Below are positions 42,958 through 57,018 of a DNA stretch of 64,000 nt, one piece after another. The notes beneath the pieces were generated by a model. That model was not told where the DNA came from. It worked only from the letters and a program-made list of their open reading frames with translations, and did not search any database. The translations under genes were made by a program, and so were the position numbers. Numbering within the stretch: the first letter of the stretch is position 1; each line of letters opens with the position of its first letter. This DNA comes from Amoeboaphelidium protococcarum X5 (taxonomy: Eukaryota > Fungi > Aphelidiomycota), in the NCBI GenBank assembly GCA_023515725.1, contig JALDTO010000154.1:1-64000 (forward strand), read 5' to 3'.

Positions 42958-43439
42958 GTTTCTTATACCTGAACTATAGTTTATCTTTAGATTAAGTGTT
43001 AACTTTAGTTGATGAGTAAATATGAAGTGAAAAGTGAATCAATTGTAATGACTAAAAGAGAAAGATGGTTGATCTCCGCCTCTCTTTCTCACATTCAGTA
43101 CGAAGAACTTCAGAAGATGCGTAACGTTATTGAACGCGCCTTTGACTGATTCGATACTTGATTCTAAATCTGAATAGCAATTCTTACTATCATAAATCAG
43201 TTTTAAGCATATCTTTAGTTGGTGATAAATATGCAAAACTAAAAGTGTTGTAACATCAAATTTAAAATAGTTAAAGCGTTGCTTTAAGGCTCGACGAGGG
43301 TATAGCATATAATGCACCTGACGGCGCATTATACTTTTCGCGGGCATTGATTAGCATGACAAAGAAGTGATATAGTTGAATCAAGTGCATTGAATCACTG
43401 TATTATCAGAAAGCTGCAGCTGCTCTTCATGATTGATCA

Positions 43440-44384
43440 TATCCGCAAAAATGCATGCGATTCCATAACTAATACCTCCAAATAAACGCGGTACCATATC
43501 ATTTCCGGCACAAGCTTATCTCTATTATTGATGCATTTCCCACACAAACACGCTGTAAGATCAAAGTCAGCTTAATGTACACGAGAATCGTTCGTAAGCC
43601 GCAGCACATGACAGTTAATACATTACAGCTGCTTATAGCATATAGAGCGTCAACAAACTTCTTCATACTTTCCTTGACTTTAGGCTATTGATGTAGGGGG
43701 CGTTCTCTTCTGAATCAAATTCAGATAAATGTTGAAAGTACGGCACAGTCAATAAAGGAATTTCATGCCCATCAGGTGCACCCTCGCGACTTACGCTTTG
43801 GAAGTTGAAACCAACATTATTGTCCTCAGGACCAATTAATTTAGCACTTTAATCTTCATCTGCAGTCTCATAATCAGAACCTGATTCTTCAGCAGGATTG
43901 AATGATCTTTGAATGTTGACAACATATGCTTCAATTTTATTTTCACAAGCGTCCTAAAACTGATTTTCGTCATTATCTCCGTTGACGGCGCCTTCATCTT
44001 AATCTAACTACTCCTCATTTATAGCAGGTAACTAATACTAAGATATATCATATACAACACCGACAGATGGCAAATCCAATTAGTTAATCCGAGACTTTGA
44101 CATCCCGGATAACTTCAATTTAATCACGCGTTGTCCACCAGAGTAATTGTCAGGCAATTTAATCGCTTCTTGGTTCGTCGATGTAGAACGTTATACAACT
44201 GCATCAACGAGCATATCATCCCGACTTTACAAAGATGCTTAACCAGACAGATAAGACTCTGAATGAGAACGAACCCTTTTCCTGCTGGTGTATCAAGCAT
44301 TTTAATAACCTTTTTGATTTCATTCATGACTTCAATATCAGAAGAATAGTCAACACGTGCCACATTTCTACGTTCCCTCTACAT
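43440..44384 (-). pseudogene. Probable frameshifted hypothetical gene
   Basis: ATG 44384 frame (..MLDTPAG) appears to continue in another frame (KRVRSHSES..) at a GGAAAAGGG run near 44280. That frame runs ~200 codons to TGA 43663-43665. Coding-like sequence continues in other frames to ~43440. Confidence 0.4.
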
Positions 44385-44982
44385 CTTGACGACAATGTTA
44401 ATGTAAAGTGCTGTAAAAACGAAGAGATCCGTGCTGTTGTGTGTAGTGATCAACGCGTTTCACCTGAAACCAACGTTCAACACACAGGCTAATATGGACA
44501 AACATTGAATCTCTACACAACAAAATTGGAGTGGTATAATTCCACAAAAAAAGTTGTCCTAAAAAAGCTTATGATCTTGAATTGGATGCAAAAAACTAGA
44601 AGTTCATACGATTACTCTAAAGGGTACATATTTTTGAAAATTTTCGACTTTGGGGTGCTTTTTCGGGCCCCTACACCATATATTCCTCTCACGCGCCTGC
44701 TGCTTAAAATGCTCGTCTCGTTTCACTCGTCGAGCAATAAGTTATCATCATTGAACATAACCTCGAACATGATTTGAGCAAAACTGAATCTAACAAGAGA
44801 GCGGGCGATCAAAGCAAAACAAGTCGCTCACAGGTCGGCCGCCTGACACGCGTAAGATACGGGCAGTCATCAGAATTAAAAGCGAGCGCGTTCCATTTCC
44901 CACTCTTGTTACTCCAGTTGCGCATTTACTGTATCACCATTCAGTAAAGCTTATTCATATACTCTGCGAATTAACATCTTTA

Positions 44983-45474
44983 ATGCCAAGTTAAAATACG
45001 TCCAAGTCTATTGTCGCTGTCTGTGTGCTGAGAGGTGATGGTCCTGTGAAGGGAACTGTAACATTTAAACAAGACTCAGAGTCCACTCCGCTGCGTATCA
45101 CTGGTGAAATTACTGGCTTAACCTCTGGCCTGCATGGATTTCATGTGCACGAATTTGGTGATAATACTAATGGCTGCACTTCTACCGGTGGCCACTTTAA
45201 CCCATTTAACAAGAATCATGGTGCACCGGAAGATGAAGATCGTCACGTTGGGGATTTTGGTAATGTAGTTGCCGGTGCTGATGGTGTTGCCAAAGTTGAC
45301 ATCACTGACAAGGTGGCTTCTCTGTTTGGTCCCCATTCTATTCTGGGAAGAAGTATGGTTGTACATGCAGACTCTGATGATTTGGGTAAAGGTGTGAACG
45401 AGGCTAGTAAGTAGAATGGAAATGCAGGTGCTCGCATGGCCTGTGGTGTCATTGGTTTAACCAAGTAACAGTGA
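44983..45474 (+). CDS. SOD1: Cu/Zn superoxide dismutase
   Basis: [29 protein letters not shown] and [13 protein letters not shown] motifs. Confidence 0.97.
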
Positions 45475-45604
45475 GTACGTTTTGCGATGAAAAAGTGCAC
45501 TATGCTCAGATTAATGTCATGTTATGCAAAAATATATTCTTACTTTATTCACAAATCGCCATTCTTCATTTTTATACAATTACCAGCAATAGCAATAATA
45601 CAAG

Positions 45605-46889
45605 TCAATCCAAATTCAAGTGAGGAGGTGGATGAGATTTAATGAATTCCATGATCGCGTCGTAATGCTCAAACTTGGTCGGATCTTGCCAATACTTGAC
45701 CCATTGTGGAAGTTCCACGGGATCTTATGGTCGACTCTCCAAGCACAGTCTTCGCAATCGATCTTGGGTGTGGGGTGATATAGGACGTTAGTTCATCTAT
45801 CCAGTGGAGTGGATGTTAAGCTAGATTTTGTACGCAGATAGGAGAGGATTGCGATAGTGTGTTGTAGCAAAGAAGTTGAGGCTATCGAACGCGTACGATT
45901 GGATTCCAATTAGAGACTCTTCTTAGCTACGGGCATTATCTACACCACCACTGTCATATATTTCCATATTGTTCATGAACTAGTTCAAGTGATGACAGTT
46001 GACTATATGAATGATGCAACAGTACTTCCGACTAGAAGAAACATGATACACATTATCATCAGATGCCACACGTCTTTACTCTGTGCGAGATTCTCTTCTC
46101 CCACGCGCAATCCTGATATCTGCAAATTCAACAGCGTTATCATTGTAATATGAACCAAGTTAAGGTGACTTTGCGTGTATAAACAATTTAGAAGAATGTC
46201 CGGCAGATGTGTCATCCAGTTCAGTCTTTACTTTCCACTACATACACGTAACAGTTACATAGATGGCGTATCTAGCTCTTCATTGTAATGTAAAAGCATA
46301 CCTTGTTACAACTTTTATCGAAACGATAGTGATACGAGTCTGCAATTTTGATCTCTAGAGCCACTATGTAATATTAAAATTAGTCCATATTAGTCATGGA
46401 TATGCTGACGGAGGGGAATATTTTTCTTCCAGTCACTGTGAACATCATCTCACATTAGAGTTGGTTCAACGTTCTCCACACTGGCGCGTCATTTAACATT
46501 GCCATCGGATGATTGTCTTGAAAGCCTTCCACCAATAGATCATCACCAATATTGGTGTAATCATCAATTTCTTGACTCGATTCAGTCAATATTTCATAAT
46601 GATCATTATCATTGTATTCACCAGTTAATACCAAAGGATTGATCGTTGTTACAGGCTCTGTAAGATTCTCGTATTAAAGTCCATCAGTGATCTCATAGCC
46701 ATCAATAACATAATCATGTAACAGATCGCAATTCTCCTACCACTGACTTAAGTGAACACCATTGAGCTGTGCATTATTATCACTTTGGCCATGCAGATTA
46801 AAGTCATCATTATTTTAGAATGAAGCATAATCGGCATCAAGAATCTGGTCCATATCAACATATCTCAACCACCAGTGCACATCAGACAT
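45605..46889 (-). CDS. Divergent T-box transcription factor; intron 46238-46301
   Basis: VWRTLNQLQCEMMFTVTGRKIFP, ADSYHYRF..W, LFIHAKSP, VEFADIRI, SRKY..IHIV, YAFDSLNFFATTHYRN..YKIQLN align in order with the T-box consensus; 406 aa. Confidence 0.8.
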
Positions 46890-47093
46890 TCTTAAATGAA
46901 TGACACTCTTTTATATTAATGAAGATTTAAATATTCATCAAAGGCTGAAGTGAAAATACTACTGATAACGTATGACCGGTACAAGTCATATGAAAAATAT
47001 ACGTGTTAGTGCAAGTTTCAAAGTGACAGCTAAAATTGATTGCAAATTACATTGCATATTAGTCATTGCCATGTCACGATTTTCGATAACTCC

Positions 47094-48120
47094 TCACTGA
47101 GCCTTCAATTTCTACTCCAAAATCTTCTCAAGCTTCACAATATCTTCAGAAAACTTTCTAATACCTTCGGCCAACTTCTCAGTAGCACAAGCGTCTTCAT
47201 TCAACAACCATCTGAACGACTTCTCATCCAGATTCAACTTGGTAATTTCAGCATTCTTTGTGTCTTCGGCATTTAAATATCTAGGCACGTTGTCAGTAGA
47301 TTTTTGCAACTCTGACAAAAGAGCTGGACTAATAGTTAGAAAGTCACAGCCAGCCAGCTACAAAATCTCACCAGTGTTTCTGAAAGAGGCGCCCATCACA
47401 ATAGTCTTGTAGTTGAACTTTTTATAGTAGGCATAAATCTACTTGACACTCAACACGCCAGGATCTTCCTCGGATTTGTACTCTTTACCAGTATGCTTCT
47501 TGTGCCAGTCCAAGATACGACCAACAAATGGTGATATCAGAGTGACTGCAGCCTCTGCACACGCAACAGCTTGTGGAAAAGAGAACAACAGCGTCAGATT
47601 ACAGTGGATCCCATGCTTCGACTCCAGTTCTTTGGCAGCCTGAATGCCTTCCCAGGTGGAGGCAATCTTGATTAGGACGCGTTCCTTGTCGATACCAGCC
47701 TCTTTGTACAGCTAGATTACACGCAACGCGCGATTGATCGTCGCCTCCTTGTCGAAACTCAGGCGAGCATCAACTTCAGTAGACACTCTGCCAGCAATAA
47801 TCTTCAGAATCTCAACTCCAAAGTTCACCAGCAATTTATCGACAGCCAGATCCAGTGTTTCCTTCTCATTATTGCTATTCTACTTAGCGTAAGACACAGC
47901 GGCGTCAATCAATTTGGCATACTGCGCCTTCTGAGATGCTGCCAAAATCAATGATGGATTAGTAGTTGCATCTTACGGTTTAAATTGTGCAATCGCTACA
48001 ACATTTAAAGTGGATAACGATTAAGTAATTGATTTTCAAACTAAACTTACTCTCAAAATCTCCGGTATCAGCTACAATTGTAGTATACTGCTTCAACTAT
48101 TCCAAAGCGTTCTGAGTCAT
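47094..48120 (-). CDS. TAL1: Transaldolase; intron 47996-48050
   Basis: [51 protein letters not shown] and MGASFR motifs. Confidence 0.97.
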
Positions 48121-48279
48121 ATTTACGATGGTCCGATTGTGTATTAGCGTGCGGTAATAAGTGAAAGAATCAAGAGACGGAAGACGCGACAGATTGATAG
48201 CGATAAAGACTGTCATATATAAAATCGGGTTAGTAAGCAGACGTAATAAGAAACATATAATTATTTTAAAAATCATGGA

Positions 48280-49008
48280 TCAAGCAGACTCAATCTTACG
48301 GAGAGAATCAAAAGCCATGGTGTAGAATGTTCTTACTTCATTCCATTCCATTGCAGTGATGTTGTCAATCTACACGGAGTATACTTTGTGCGATAAGTGT
48401 CATGCACGCGTTTCAATATTCTCAGTGAAGTATCAATCATACCTTTACAACATGGGGATTCAAAGAAGTGAGGCCGCGTCGTAATTTCTAAGAGCGAACA
48501 TCCGTCAGTTCTAATACGAGGGAGCGAACAACATGAGATTCATCAATGTCATCCTGGGCCCATTCTAGTAAAAACTTGCTAATCTCAACATAATGAGATG
48601 GTAGCTGCGTAAATTACTCTGACCTTCGCTCATCTTTCAACGCGTTAGTAAGCCAATCTACAAAATAAGGAGGGTAAAAATTCATCCTACGGGATAGCGG
48701 TGTATAAAAATTTACCGCTGTTGAACCATTGAGGAGCTATAACTTTACATAACCCGGCCTTCTTTAAATGCATAGCCAACCATAATGGTACATCGACTTG
48801 TTTTAAAGGCATAAATGGTCCATAAGATCCCTACATATTAAATTGCGTTCCATCGTATTCTGAAATTTTATTAAGACAGGCAAATTACAGATATAAATTC
48901 CAATTTGGAGAGCTTGATTGACGGTGATATTTTAATGAGTTCCTACTACGCCATAAACTCCATCTATTCTGGAGTGAAGCGTTGTTGACTAAGGTATTAT
49001 GTTGCCAT
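48280..49008 (-). CDS. PSF2: GINS subunit Psf2; introns 48831-48888, 48658-48715, 48370-48442 (absent from the ORF track)
   Basis: FTPEQMEFMA, GSYGPF..VDVPLWLAMHLKK..CKVIAPQW, LPSHYVEI, DVRSQKLRRGL and IDNITAMEWNEVR motifs. Confidence 0.92.
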
Positions 49009-49207
49009 ATCTTTTGCGCACTCTAACTGAGTTGAAGTTTTACTGAGAGTAACGCTGATCAGATGAATTTACAAAGTTTCGACTAGAGTTGAAACAGGAG
49101 TAAAGTTAAGAGAGCTAGACCGTCTTCGTCGTATACATGAAATGTCGAAACAATAGTACAATAATGTAAAGTGCCTAAAAATACATACATATATAATTCA
49201 ATTAACA

Positions 49208-51244
49208 TCATTCAGGGCTTTTTAAAATCATCTTGCTCAAACTGACAACATCTTTCAAGGTTGCAACTTGCTCTTCATAATCACTGATTTGCTTCAACAG
49301 TTTCTCATTCTGTTCAGAGAGAGTCCTCAACTGATCACTCTGAGACTGCTGATCGACAATCAACTTTCTATAATTGCCCATAATTTAATCTTTCTCAGCT
49401 TCCTTGATCTTGAGTACACTCTCTAGATATTTAATCTGTTCCTGATCTGAGAGATGGATACCATTGAGATCATTTTGCTCAATAGAAGCGCGATTAATTA
49501 AAAGGTTAAGCCTATCATTTTCTTGTAGCAGACGAGCCACGTCAGACTTGAAGTTTGCAGACTCCATTGAAGCCTTCTCCAGATCCACTCGCACTTGGTT
49601 CATTTATGATTTAAGATACTAAATTTCCTACTCTTTACCAGCAAGCAGCGCCTCTCTACTGATTGATCTGTTCTAAGCATCAGCTAAATCTGAAGATACG
49701 CGTCTAAATTCAGATTCGAGCTACTGTGAATTCGTTTATAACGCCACCACTTAATCTTATACCTTTTGCAAATCCAACCTTTACTGCTCAATCAACTCAG
49801 TTTTCTAGTCCAATTGATCCAACAGCTAATCCCTCATCTTGTCAAACTCAAGTAGATCTAAGCGAGCATCTGCTGGATGCGCCTCACCAGGCATATTGCT
49901 CTGCTAATGTATCTACTTCTGCAAATTAGCTATTTCTCTTCGTTTCTGTGCCAATTGACTATTCAGACTATCAATTGCGCTTTAAAGATTATGCTAATTA
50001 CCCACCAATGACTCTTTGAACTACTCTGTTTGAGTTGACTTGGTTTGCAACTATCTCTATGATACAGAGAGATTCTTATCATTACCGACTGTCGTGAATT
50101 TGCTCAACTAAGCATCCTATTGCAATTTCTACACCTCCTTTCTAAGATTGGCACTTTCAGACTTCAACTTTCCTAATAGAATATTCTTCTGTCCCATCTC
50201 TTAGTCTTTTCGCTTTACGATATCGTTCAAAATCTTTACTTCAGACTCCAACTTTTACCTGATACCATTCTCCTTATTACTATTATTATTATTCTAATCG
50301 TCATCTATCCGACTCTGCAATGGTTTCCTCGACTACTTGACAGTACGCTACAGAGTCACGTTGGCCAGTTGAGCAAACAACTGCTAGTTTTCATCCAAAA
50401 GTCTCACTAATTCCTAATGATCAAATTAACCGTTTGCATCTTCCTTCATCAGAGCATAAATCTTGTCATTAGACTCTGAAAGCTACTGCAAATACATTTA
50501 TACATCAGCACCGAGAGGTATCTTTACCGGCTTACTCTTCTACTCCAAATCTTTAACTAGATTATCGAGTTTGGAAATATCGGCAATTAAATCCTAATTC
50601 TTACCGCGAAATGCTTTAATATCAGTTTGTAGCTTCATGTTCTTCAATTTTAAATCTCGAAGTTCTTATCCATATTACTTTTTATCAGCCTCGGATGTAT
50701 CCTTCGCATTAGTCAGCAAATCTTCATAATGCTAAACAACACTTTCAAGCAGGGATTAATGTTTCAAATTCAACGTTACACTCTACTCTTCCAGCTGTTC
50801 TCTTAGTGACTCATTTTCCTCCTACAACTCTTAGCATTATCCTCGCACTCTTTTTAATTCCTTCTCAGCAATAATCTCTGTGATTTAAGGATCATGTTAG
50901 AATAACTGACGTGACTCTTAATTACCATCATCACCGCTATCAAATACAACAAAGTCTTCCTCTGCCAATCTTCTGTCTTCCTAAATAAGCTCCATGTGAG
51001 GGACACCTTCTGATATTACTTCATTCAACTGGCGTTTGAGGTTCTCATTCTATTTCTCCACAAACTTGAGACGCCCTTCTCGTTAAGCTCTCAGCGACTG
51101 TTCATTCTCTAATTGCTTTTACACTGAACGAAAACTATTCTATAACTGGATATAATCTTTTCGCAGATTGATAATTTCATCTAAATGTTTTTTATTTTTT
51201 GCCTTGGATATTATTCGATCAATCTAATCGCTGTACTGTGCCAT
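49208..51244 (-). CDS. Hypothetical long coiled-coil protein (678 aa)
   Basis: Uninterrupted table-6 ORF from ATG 51244 to TGA; Q/E/K/L heptads throughout. Confidence 0.75.
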
Positions 51245-51453
51245 ATCAATAGACTTGGTAATAGATACGTTGAGTGGACAATTATCTCTCGTCACTCACT
51301 TTGACTTGGTTTGAAACAGAAAGAATGGCAGCGTTTTCAGGTTGAAACAAAGTCAACATTGGTCATCCGAACACAACAAAGTACTTGATGAATAAAGTAA
51401 ATTTTGAGTAAAACGATAAATGTATTTCACCAATTCAACTTTTAACGGAATAC

Positions 51454-54422
51454 TCAATTATCATGAGGTTGATAATGAAGAGTGTCGTGGGATGTCATTG
51501 GGGTCATTGATGGAGTGTGCAGCTCATCATCACTGAGAGCAGAAGTGTAACCAGAAACCTGAGGGTCGACGCCAGTATAAATGTCACGCGTCAGGACGTT
51601 TCTTCGCATATTCACCAGATCAGATTCATTCAGGAACATTTAGTGTTATCTATCAACAGCTGCATTAGTACCAGATTTTGAAAAAATGTGGTCCAAGCCT
51701 AAGCCTTATTCTTCAGCTCGACTATCAGTTGGAGATACATGATCGCGGAATGAGACACGCTTGGAAGAGCCTTTAGACGACTTGCCGCCGTATCCGCTCT
51801 TCAAACGCTTCTTGTTTTCATTGATGGCATTTTGCAGAGGATTTTAAGCGCTAAAATTTCCATTCGGCTAACCATGTGCTTCATGGTATTCACTATGGTC
51901 ATCATCAACAATTTCTAAATCATTGAGAGACTAGAATCGCCTAGATTTTATATCTTATTACTATTACTGAAATTGGGCAAAGATTTAATCCACCGGAGTA
52001 ATTTTACTCTCGCGACGTACTCGAATCTCGCTACCACCAACTCTGTACTCTGCTCCAATAGGCAAACTGATAGTGGATGGGATGTTATCCTCATCTCGCA
52101 TTTCAGGCACAGTAACGAAATACTTCTTTTTCTGCATCTTCTTACGCAATCGCTGCTTTTTCTTTCTCTTGCGCTACTCTTCCGTAGTCTCAAACATTTC
52201 CATCAGCCACTCTCCTGATAAATTAATAGCGTGCTTCGCCTCTGGTAAGAACGCCTTCATGTTAAGGTAGGCATGAGATAAGCCAGCATAGATTTTGACA
52301 GTGACATGCTAAGTAGAGTCACGATTAATATCGCCATACTCATTCTCTTCCTCATCGTCATCATAATCATCTGAATCAGAAGAAGCTTCTGCAGCAAATC
52401 GTGCATTAATCTCAGCCAAACGCTGAGCAACGGCGGCGCGAGAGCTTGACGGCTGAGATGGCAAGTCCACGTCGTAGTCAAGATCAGAGTCATCAGATCC
52501 AGTGAGTAAAGACCAAGTCTATTGGAGCCAACTTTTTCGCGGCTTTACGTCCTACAAACGAGTGGCACTATCAACTGAACCAATATCATCCAGAGAAAAG
52601 AAGGATGGAAATCTGATATGAGCATTAGGCAGCATATTGGGACTATTTCCATGGGTGACATCGCTCTCTGCATCGCTGAAATGGCCAGACGCGATATTCT
52701 TTTCCAACTTCTCCTGGATGGCATTTCTAACTCTAGCCGCAAATATGATAGTATCATCAACAAATGGATCACACTCGCCACACATCATCCACATCCTGGG
52801 AAATTCAGCCAAAATGTCATCGGGGCAATTGACCGGAGATAAGAAAATGTCCGTGGCCGGATTCGCTCTGGTCTAAGTGCCCAGATACAGCAATGCCATG
52901 GCTCTAGACAACTCTGGAGTAATTATACGATCATTAAAGTACGACATTCTGGATGTCACTGACAAATAAGGAACATCAATTCCTGTAAAACTTTCAATTC
53001 TAACAGTTTAAGTATCCTGACCAGACAATGAATTACGCTTTTATGCATAAGAAGTTACTCCGTTAAGTACCGAGTTGTCATCATGGGATTTTCCAACTGA
53101 TCCATTAGGGACTTGAGCAGCACCAGTTGATAAGTTTGGTTCATTCTGAGGAGCAATCCAGGAAGCCATATCAAAGTTGAGGCACCCATAAGCAATGAAC
53201 AATCCGACCGGCATCCAGAGATTATCATTCTAATTCGAAATTTCACCATTAAGTATACTATTGCTAGACGAAGTGAATTGGAGTCCAAGTGGAATCTTGC
53301 GCACCTACTTCTTCTCTCGCAGTGCCAAAATGACTTTGATAGTGACGCCAATAGCAAAATTACCACCAGCTGAATCACCGGCAATAGAAATTCTCAATCT
53401 CCTGAAATAAGGCAATTACTGCTGCTTACTATTATCCAAAGGATGGCTTTAATTGTTGCACAAAGACGACTAAAGAGACGCGGTATTAACGCCTATAATG
53501 TGGCCATTAGTCTAACACAACTATTTGTAAATCTCAAAACACTCCTCCAGCGCATACGGGTATGGGAACTCTGGTGCTTTACCATAATCAACTGATAAAA
53601 TGGCCACTTTCTTGCCCAACTATTTGGCCCAATCTCTGATAACCTCCTCGTGATTCTCAGGCGCCATGCAGACAAATCCACCACCAGGCAAGTGTAAGAC
53701 CAGATTGTGTACATACTAAAGCTCTTCCTCACTACCACTATAATATAGCTTCACTCTAGTTGACTCATTCCAATTAGGAAATTGCGCCTTCAACTCTTGC
53801 GATAGTCTATCAATTCTCATTTCCTTAACCACGCCTATGCTCTATCTAAATGGGAAAGCCAGCGTCCACAGAATAGGACTCGTGGCTTTATTCCACGATA
53901 TTCTCATCAAATCAATAGTGCACTAACCGCGAATACTCTTCACCTTCTAATCGGCGCCTTCAGCATCGAACAGATAATACGCGGTAAAGATTAGGCCCAT
54001 AAAGTGACGCAAAAAATGAGGACGAATCCTCTCAGCAGTCCAAAAGCCGGCATCCAGAGCAGTCAGAATCCAGGTGGCGCGATAGAAATTGCTGCTATAA
54101 TGTCTAGCGTAAACTTCTGGAGCATTCAAACCGCAGAGAAGAAAGAACTTTGAGGCAACGTGACGAGCCAGCAACGTGATCACCACAACCTGCCATGTCT
54201 AGTACTGACCAAAATACTTTTACAGCGGTTGAAACATTCGAGGAACATTATTCTCATTACGCTTAATAAATTGCCACCTACATTTAAAAGATAAATTATT
54301 AAACATTGGCAATATAGTTTCTTAGAAAATGAGTATATAACTTACGAGGCAAAGATGACAAATAGCACTTCTAATCTTTTCCAAGTCGACGATGGCCGTC
54401 CAACCAAGTGATCAAGTCCCAT
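51454..54422 (-). CDS. Hormone-sensitive-lipase-family alpha/beta hydrolase (fungal type); intron 54278-54345
   Basis: DHLVGRPS N-terminus, TALDAGFWTA, HLPGGGF, DYGKAPEFPY, GDSAGGN, GECDPFVDD motifs. Confidence 0.88.
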
Positions 54423-54983
54423 AATTAAAGTGAATTGATATATATATATTTTATAATGATAGAATTTAATCAACTCTTTCACAGAATTAATGCTAATGCT
54501 AAATTGATAATCTAGACTATAGTAAAATCTGGGGATAGGAAAGTGATTTGAAGAAGATGATGATAAAGGAACACCGTGTGAAAATTTCAACCTCGCGCGT
54601 GATATTGAAAGCGTGCTTTAGAATCGTGCTTAAAAATAGCTTTAAACATATCATCATCATCATTTTCAGCTTCACACTAATCTTTACTGTAATTTTCCTT
54701 GATGAGCTGTAGATCCTTTTTAACATTAATTATTAATATTTGAGTGAAGTTATTTTTTATAACTTAATTCTAGGTGCATTTTCAATCTTATTGTTCCAAC
54801 ATATCAGTTTGAAATTTTTGACTGACCGCTCCATTTACTTTTCAAAGCAGCAAAGGGTGGAGAGACGATTTTTCAACCTTAGCGGGAACGATCAATTTGC
54901 TTCGTTTTCTCGTTCTACTTAGCTAGATTAATCAGTACCAACTCTTTTATAATAACTAAATTATTGTCAAAAGAATAATAAGT

Positions 54984-57018
54984 ATGGGTACTAGAAAGAA
55001 GGAAAAGAATAGATTGGAGGCTGAGAAGGGTTCTGGCAAGTAGCGCATAGTTAAGCCGTTGAAGGGTGAAAATTTCTATCGTGATGCCAAGAAGGTGAAG
55101 CAGGTGAATATGCTGAAGAGCGGGAAGCCTATTAGGGATTCTAGTGGTAAGATTACGAAGCCTGCTGCTTTCCAAGGCACGCTACCAAGTGGTACTGTCA
55201 GCAGAATTTAACCTGATAGAAGATGGTTCGGTAACACGCGTACTATTGGCCAAGCGCAGCTGGATGAGTTCAGACAGGCGATCAATAATAAAATGCACAA
55301 CCCCAATGAGATTATCCTGAATCGCGCCAAACTTCCAATGTCTCTCCTGGTGGACTCTGTGAAGTCGGCCAAGATGAATCTTTTGGAGACTGATCCATTC
55401 AGTAAGACTTTTGGTGCTAAATCTCAGCGAAAGAGGCCAAAGTTGAGTATTCAGTCACTGGAGGAGATGGCGGTGAAGGTGGATGAGCAGGTTGAGAATT
55501 ACGATGTTACTGCTGATAAAGATTTGGTGTCTAATAAAGAGATCCTTGCCGAGGCTGGTAATGATGCCGCGAAAGAGTGGTATGAGAAAGCTGGTCAATC
55601 GAAGCGTATCTGGAATGAGCTGTATAAAGTTATTGACTCTTCTGATGTTATTATTCAGGTTCTTGATGCCAGAGATCCTATGGGTACTCGATGTAAAAGT
55701 GCAGAGAATTTCATAAAGAAGGAATGTCCACATAAACACGTTATTCTCGTGTTGAACAAGTGTGATTTAGTTCCAGTTCAAGTTACGGTAAGATTATATT
55801 ATTTGAGGGGGGATTGATATACTTCCATATGGGGGCCTTATATGGATTATATACGCGCTCTATCACTACTACATACCAATCCATAATTAGTCATGACATT
55901 CGGCTTTATATCCAGTGTTGTTTGTCAGTTACAATTGTGGAAAATTAAATTTGAATTCACTCTGCATCTGCATCAATCTTGTTATAAGATTTTGTGGGTG
56001 TCTGTGAATTCTATTCAGTTATCGACATGAGAGTAGTTGCCGACGGTGCATTGAGTTTGTGTCTATGAGCTCATTAGCCTCTGTATCGGTCAGCTTGGTA
56101 TTTTGATAGCATATCCCTATTGTTTAGTGGTCTAGTTTAGTGATACTGCTCTAAATATTCTATATTCGGCCTCAGTAATGATATCAATCCCCTCACCTTA
56201 TAAAATGATACTAATCGTGTTATGTGTAGTCAAAATGGGTCAAGATTCTGTCTAGGGAGTATCCTACTCTGGCTTTCCACGCGTCAATTAATCACTCATT
56301 CGGTAAAGGCTCTCTAATCAATCTCTTGCGTTAGTTTGCCAAACTTCATCAGGATAGAAAATAGATTAGTGTTGGTCTGATCGGATACCCGAATGTGGGT
56401 AAGAGTTCCATCATCAATACTCTCAAATCCAAGAAGATGTGTAATGTTGCGCCTGTGCCTGGAGAAACCAAGGTTTGGTAGTACATTACATTGATGAGAA
56501 GAATATATCTCATTGATTGCCCGGGTGTTGTCTAACCCAATTCTGATGACGATGAGACCAGTATCGTACTAAAAGGTGTAGTCCGAATTGAGAATATTAT
56601 TAATCCAGAGAACCATATAGAGAGAGTGCTTTAACGCGTTCGCAAGGAACATATTGTCAAGACTTATGGAATAGAATCATGGGTGGATAGCATGGACTTT
56701 CTATCTTAATTGGCACACAAAACTGGTAAGTTGAACAGAGGTGCAGAACCCGACGTCCATGTAGTCAGCAAGATGATACTGACTGATTGGATCCGTGGTA
56801 AGATTCCATTCTTTGTCCCACCACCTTAGTCTTCCTCAGATGATGCATCAGAAAATGGTGATGATAATGCCGTCTCGTAAGAAGTCGCTGATGGTGATGA
56901 TCAGAGTACAGTCAGTACCATCGCCTCTGTGGAATCAGATTCTCAGGCATAAGTGTTTGTATCAGCTTCAGTCGAAAACCAAGAATCCGAAGCACAGCTC
57001 ATTACCGCCGATAAATGA
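54984..57018 (+). CDS. NOG2: Nucleolar GTPase Nog2/GNL2; 442-nt intron 55788-56229
   Basis: [49 protein letters not shown] and LIDCPG motifs. Confidence 0.97.
55878..56116 (+). ncRNA. snR191: Intronic H/ACA snoRNA, snR191/U19 (SNORA74) type
   Basis: Hairpin 1 pocket AGTCA (55889-93)/GTTAC (55928-32) fits LSU helix-69 GUAAC-U*A-UGACU. H box AAATTA 55942-47. Extra hinge hairpin 55953-56011. Hairpin 2 pocket GAGAGT (56029-34)/TGGT (56096-99) fits the U two bases downstream. AUA box 56111-13, 15 nt from the pocket. Confidence 0.85.

Noticed and set aside
44379-44384. TGTAG at 44383-44379 as a splice acceptor
   Set aside because: More simply read as ATG TAG (Met-Gln); no convincing upstream exon, so it was not counted among the introns.
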